64,000 nt of DNA, taken from assembly GCA_951406725.2 (NCBI GenBank), contig OX597838.1:19964001-20028000 (forward strand). Direction: 5' to 3'. This document shows positions 58,855 through 64,000 of the stretch, piece after piece. The notes under the pieces are model-generated. The model ran no database searches. It worked only from the letters and a program-made list of their open reading frames with translations, and was not told the origin of the DNA. Made by a program: the position numbers and the translations under genes. Position 1 is the first letter of the stretch. Every line of letters starts with the position of its first letter. The stretch is from Octopus vulgaris (taxonomy: Eukaryota).

Positions 58855-59303
58855 CGAAAACACTTACTCAATGTATGTGCTTTGCTTGTTTAACAGTTGG
58901 TTGTGATTTGACACAGTGGAGGTGTTTATAAATACCATTGGGCTCTTTTGCCAAACCTTTGAGTTATGGGAATGTTGCTATTGATTATCATTCTATCTTC
59001 TCTCTTTGGTTAAGCTTCTTCTTCCCTCGTTCACCTAGGACGTGACTTCTGAGCATTTCACATTCGCTCTCTTTTCCAATCTTCTCTTGTTCCCCCACTC
59101 ATCCAATTCGAATTGCTTGTTTTCTAACCCAATGACTAAAGCCACACACAAACACACACGTTCTCTCTCAGATGATGAACAAATGTCCGAAAGGTTAGAT
59201 TATTCCCTCTTCGCTGCAGTCATTCATGAATTGCGTCAAACTGGATTATCTCCCTTGGACTCAGTTATTATCTCCCCTTAGTTCCTCCAACCAGTTTACA
59301 AAC

Positions 59304-61211
59304 ATGGCTGCATTTCGTCGTCCACTGACGACCTTGGCGTTGTCTCAGGCAATACACAAGCCTTTCATCACTCCTCAGGCTCCATGTTCTATGTTAGCAA
59401 GGACATGTAACCCGGGCACTGTTGAGAAAGTAACTCATACTGGACAGGTAGGTCATATATTTCATTTTGACATCAATGTCCTCTCCGTAGTTTAAATGTT
59501 TCTTTTAAGGTCGTCTTGTAGCGATTCCGAGTCTGCGATCAGGGTCTTGTTTAGACCTAGTGCGACCCTCTGGACAATTGGTTTTGAAGGCCCTTACGAC
59601 TTTGCGTATACAATTTCCACCTTTTTGGTCAATCATCGCATTGTACATGTCAAAACTAAGTTACAAATTTGGCTGCCACAACCAAAATAACAGAAACTGC
59701 ATCACACTATTGAAGTGTAACAAGGCATGATATATCCATTACACTTTGGTATGAATAGAGTTGGACAACGAAACTAAATTTAGTTTGAGCTAAGACTACA
59801 GAAGATAAGACTCGTCTGAAAAGTAGCAACAGATAAAACCAACGTAAAATATTGCCCATAAAAAAAGTAACATAATATAAATAAACCAAGTTATCAAGAA
59901 CAGCCTTTTGTTTTTAGACATGAATAGTTTAAGGACAAAACTAGGCATTCCTTCGATATAACTCGACAAAATCAAAACATTTCACCGGGTATTTCTGTGG
60001 GTTGTGGAATATAGATATAACGAAATTATGCCAGCAATGTCTCAATTTAAACTTAAAGAAAAAAAAAAAAGCCTTGCATATTTGTTCTTACCCGTTTCAT
60101 GTGTGTATGTAAAATCCGCAAATTTCCAAGGAGAAAACAAGAATCGAACTGTCATTTGCTTCCACGGAAATACCCGAAGTGAAATGTTTTGATTTTGTCG
60201 AGTTATATCGAAAGAATGCCCAAAACTAAAACTAGGTATCAAAGTTTTATTGAAATATTAATGATAATCAAGAAATCTCAATAATTTAAAAAGAACTCTG
60301 TTTAATTAAAAATACTTAAACAAATGAATAAAATTAAAACTTATGGATTTAACTTAAACTAAATATATTAAAAATTTCAAAACTCTATGCTTTAAGTTAA
60401 AGGGCCCTTCCCCTAAGCTTAGGAACTGTGGTGGTGGACTAGCTCATGGTCCATATTGGCCCATACATAAATTCTATCCTGTCTGCAACCGTGTTTAGAT
60501 ACCTGGTTGTAATGTAAATATTTACTTTCGTCTTGATAATGTCTCCGAGAAAGACATCAGTTTTACCCAATAACATTTCATCTTACATAAATATATTTAT
60601 GCGTGTCTTTGTTCTAATGTCATTTAACTTCACTTTGTCTTTCATTCTTCCGACACGTCACTGAAACTAATTTCCAGTTGCAAACTCCCAAATTTCTTTG
60701 AAGAATGTCACTGCATGAACTTTCCTCTCTGTCTTGTCTGTCTCTCTCATATAAAAACACAATTTTACCTTCTCCACCTTATGTAGCTATTTGTTAGATA
60801 TCCGAAAGACAAAAAAAAACCCAAATACCTTTACCCCGAACGAGACAGGAATCCATTGCAGTGATAACCCCACCACCTGTCACTGGAACTCATTTTCAGC
60901 TGAATGGAATGAAGTCCCTTGCTTAAGGATGCGGTGTCCCACCCTATCTGATAATTGAGCTCACAACCTAATAATCAGTCTGATTTGGATTGCTCTTCTT
61001 AATGCCGACCACTTTACAGTGGTGTGTTGGGTGCTTTTCATGTCCCACTGGCACAAAATGAATAAATAAGCATTGTATTTGACTGTGTAATCTGATTGTT
61101 AATGTTAATTCACACATGTACACATACATAAATTATTTTTCTCTTTTCTCTGTGTAGAAATATTCCGCTGATGACTATCGCCGAGTACGATTCATTGGCA
61201 AAGAGAAGCTG
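59304..61211 (+). CDS. NDUFS6: NADH:ubiquinone oxidoreductase subunit S6 (13 kDa), exons 1-2; gene continues beyond window end
   Basis: Exon 59304-59447 (MAAFRRPL...EKVTHTGQ|gtaggt) and exon 61158-61211 (KYSADDYRRVRFIGKEKL|gtgagt) match the EKVTHTGQ-x-Y-xx-DYRRxRF signature of NDUFS6. Confidence 0.92.
59944..60220. mobile_element. MITE of the GGCATTC family, 8-bp TSD CAAAACTA
   Basis: Intact TIRs and perfect TSD; in NDUFS6 intron 1. Confidence 0.9.
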
Positions 61212-62594
61212 GTGAGTATGTTTATCTGATTATTTTATTTGGTGTCCTACACAACAGAATGTCTGCTGTTGGGCAGTCCAGAGCAAAGCTCAGCAGTTGT
61301 GATTTGTCCTTTTAACCCCCACCACAACCCCCTATCCAGGCCCTTGATTAAGCCATCCTTCTTCCCCCAGAGCAGTACCCTCTGGAATTCTCTCTCTGGC
61401 TTGCCTTTTTTTTTTTATCCTGCAGTTGTTTATGAAGAACATCAACCACATTGTGTTGTGTCTGGGGAGAGTCATTCTCTTTTAGTGCCTTATTATTTAA
61501 CACACTCACCGGTAAAATTTCCACTTATTTCTTATTTTTATTTTAAAAAAGAGAATGACTCTCCCCAGACACAACAGAATATGCTTCAACACACGAACTC
61601 ATATAAAGAATCTTGTAAACCAAATCCAAAAACGAAATATCAACCACACTGGTTTCACCAATTCCAGAGAGCCAAAGAAGGCTTGGGCTCAACTTTCTTC
61701 ATATAGACCTGTGGTACCCAACCAGGGTCCATAGTAAAGTGGAGATAGACAGTAATATTTTAAGGGTCCATGTGAAGTTTTGATTTCAATGTGTCTATTT
61801 CAAGAAACAGCTAGGTGGCAATTCTTTGATATTTGATACACAATGGCATTCGCCCTCATGACACAGACAAAGAAGCTAGGCTGAAACAGAAGGTGAGTGA
61901 CATTGTCTCCTCATACCGGCACTCAGTAGACCAATATTGAAGGAATGCCCTGCTAGGTTTCTTTCTCTAATATTTTACATAGTTCAACCTACACAAGTTA
62001 ATGTGTTAATAACAAGATAGGAATTTTGAAAGAAGTTTTGAGACCTATTGAGTCAAGTACATCAACATCAAAATAAAAATTAAATGGAAATTGTAGTTGT
62101 GATACCCGTGCTGGTGGCACGTAAAAATCACCAACCAAACGTGGCTTATGCCAGCGCCGCCTTGACTGGCTTCCGTGCCGGTGGCACGTAAAAGGCACCC
62201 ACTACACTCATGGAGTGGTTGGCATTAGGAAGGGCATCCAGCTGTAGAAACTGCCAGATGAGACTGGAGCCTGGTGCAGCCTCCTGGCTTCCCAGACCCC
62301 GGTCAAACTGTCCAACCCATGCTAGCATGGAAAACGAACGTTAAACGATGATGATGATGATTTCTATAAGACTAGTTTTTAAGCATCAAATGGCTATAGG
62401 ATTCCACCAGAGCAAAATAGCAACCAAAGGGGTCCATAGGCAAAAAATGGTTGAGAACCACTGAAGACCAAGCATCTCATGCAGTTTGCTTCATTGAGAA
62501 GCAGGATGTGTGATACAGGATTTATCATCAGGCAGGCTGCACTAAAAACTCAAAGTAATTTTTCATTGGGTATGTCATTTAGAAAGTCCCATGG

Positions 62595-62808
62595 GCTGCA
62601 GGTTACCCATGACTGAAGAAGACTGAACCTTCCGAAAAGAAAACAAGAAGGTTGATTGACATGCAGGGTGGAATATTGCTGTTTAGTACCAGGTCAGCTC
62701 TGCTGCAGGTTACCCATGACTGAAGAAGACTGAACCTTCCGAAAAGAAAACAAGAAGGTTGATTGACATGCAGGGTGGAATATTGCTGTTTAGTACCAGG
62801 TCAGCTCT
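62595..62808. repeat. Perfect 107-bp tandem duplication
   Basis: gctgcaggttacccatgac...aggtcagctct starts at 62595 and again at 62702. Confidence 0.9.
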
Positions 62809-63289
62809 AACCAAGCAGACCTTTGATCTGTAGCATTGCTGCCTTGACCACTCTGCCATTTTAGATCCATCATGCATTACATTATCTAATCTGTTTTTTC
62901 ACTTTTTCTTGAAGATGGTGAACTATGATTTGAGGAAAAGTTTGGTTACTATTTCCATCAGGTTGTGAGATTTTTTGATCTTATAACCAAAACATAGAAC
63001 ATGATGCCTTTCTGTATGTTTTTTTTTTTTTTTGTGAGTTCAGCTTTTGCCACTGTGCCTGCTTCTTGACCACAGGAGCAACTTGTCTAACCAGCATGAA
63101 CAGATAGGCTTAAAATCAGCTTGGTTCGTGAGACTTCATCCAGTAGTGAATTCAAAACACTTGGACGGAATTGTTATTCTGTTACCATGGTAAAAAAATA
63201 ATTTTAAAAATTCCCTTATTAACACATTTTAATGTCCGAAGAGAAAAAATATATAGAAATTTTGGGTTAGGTTCGCAGCCAATCATTGA

Positions 63290-63600
63290 AGACAAAGCCA
63301 TTTTGCCAAGCATCTCAATCCATCATCACCACCTTCAGTTCATGGATGGAATCCAATACTCTGTCTTTCTTCAAGTTATTGATAAATGTCAGACGATGTC
63401 TCCCAAGCTTGCTGGTACCTTGTTGTAGTTCCCAGAGCAGAAGTTTTGATGCTTTTCCCTCCTTCCTGGTGCTGTAGGCAATGATTTGATACAAGGAGAC
63501 ATTGTCCACTGGCTCCCATAGACACGCTCATTGATTATATGTTGCTGCCATTTCACATCCATGACCATTTGTAGCATCTTTGTGTGGCAGCCATCTGAAT
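63290..63600 (-). mobile_element. Degraded RTE-type LINE fragment
   Basis: DGCHTKMLQMVMDVKWQQHIINERVYG...ASKLLLWELQQG...GRHRLTFINNLKKD, frameshifted. Confidence 0.6.
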
Positions 63601-64000
63601 GGCGCAGGAGTGACTGTGTGGTAAGTAGCTTGTTTACCAACCACATGGTTCCGGGTTCAGTCCCACTGCGTGGCACCTTGGGCAAGTGTCTTCTACTATA
63701 GCCTCGGGCTGACCAAAGCCTTGTGAGTGGATTTGGTAAACAGAAACTGAAAGAAGCCCATCGTATATATGTATATATATGTTTGTGTGTCAAGCATTGC
63801 TTGACAACCGATGCTGGTGTGTTTATTTCCCCATTACTTAGCGGTTCGGCAAAAGAGACCGATAGAATAAGTACTGGGCTTACAAAAGAATAAGTCCCGA
63901 GGTCGAGTTGCTCGATTAAAGGCGGTGCTCCAGCATGGCCGCAGTCAAATAACTGAAACAAGTAAAAGAGTAAAGAGTAAATAGTTTCTTTGCTCGTTTG

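Noticed and set aside
62613-62640. CTGAAGA...GAAA in the 107-bp duplication as a hammerhead
   Set aside because: No stem II in register and no stem I/III pairing.

Overview
AT-rich, repeat-dense animal genomic DNA. The SINE, microsatellite and LINE landscape suggests a coleoid cephalopod (Octopus-like; inference). Hand-splicing recovers four recognisable intron-containing genes: the 5' three coding exons of HSDL1 (- strand, running off the window start), a complete cytosolic HSP90 (- strand, 713 aa, ending MEEVD, with a TATA box and a 10-unit heat-shock-element array), a complete ICT1/MRPL58 (+ strand, GGQ motif, 213 aa) and the first two exons of NDUFS6 (+ strand). A fifth, unrecognised six-exon + strand locus at 31.4-41.5 kb may encode a secreted Cys/Trp-rich protein or be a pseudogene. 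The rest is tRNA-derived SINEs, RTE-type LINE fragments, mariner relics, MITEs and microsatellites. The most notable unexplained signal is a set of unrelated short repeat families with Penelope-like inverted arrangements, each carrying a minimal hammerhead-ribozyme fold. Their cores show C3-G8, U3-A8 and G3-C8 covariation. A MITE with 8-bp target-site duplications sits near three different gene starts. No database searches were run; all gene models are manual.
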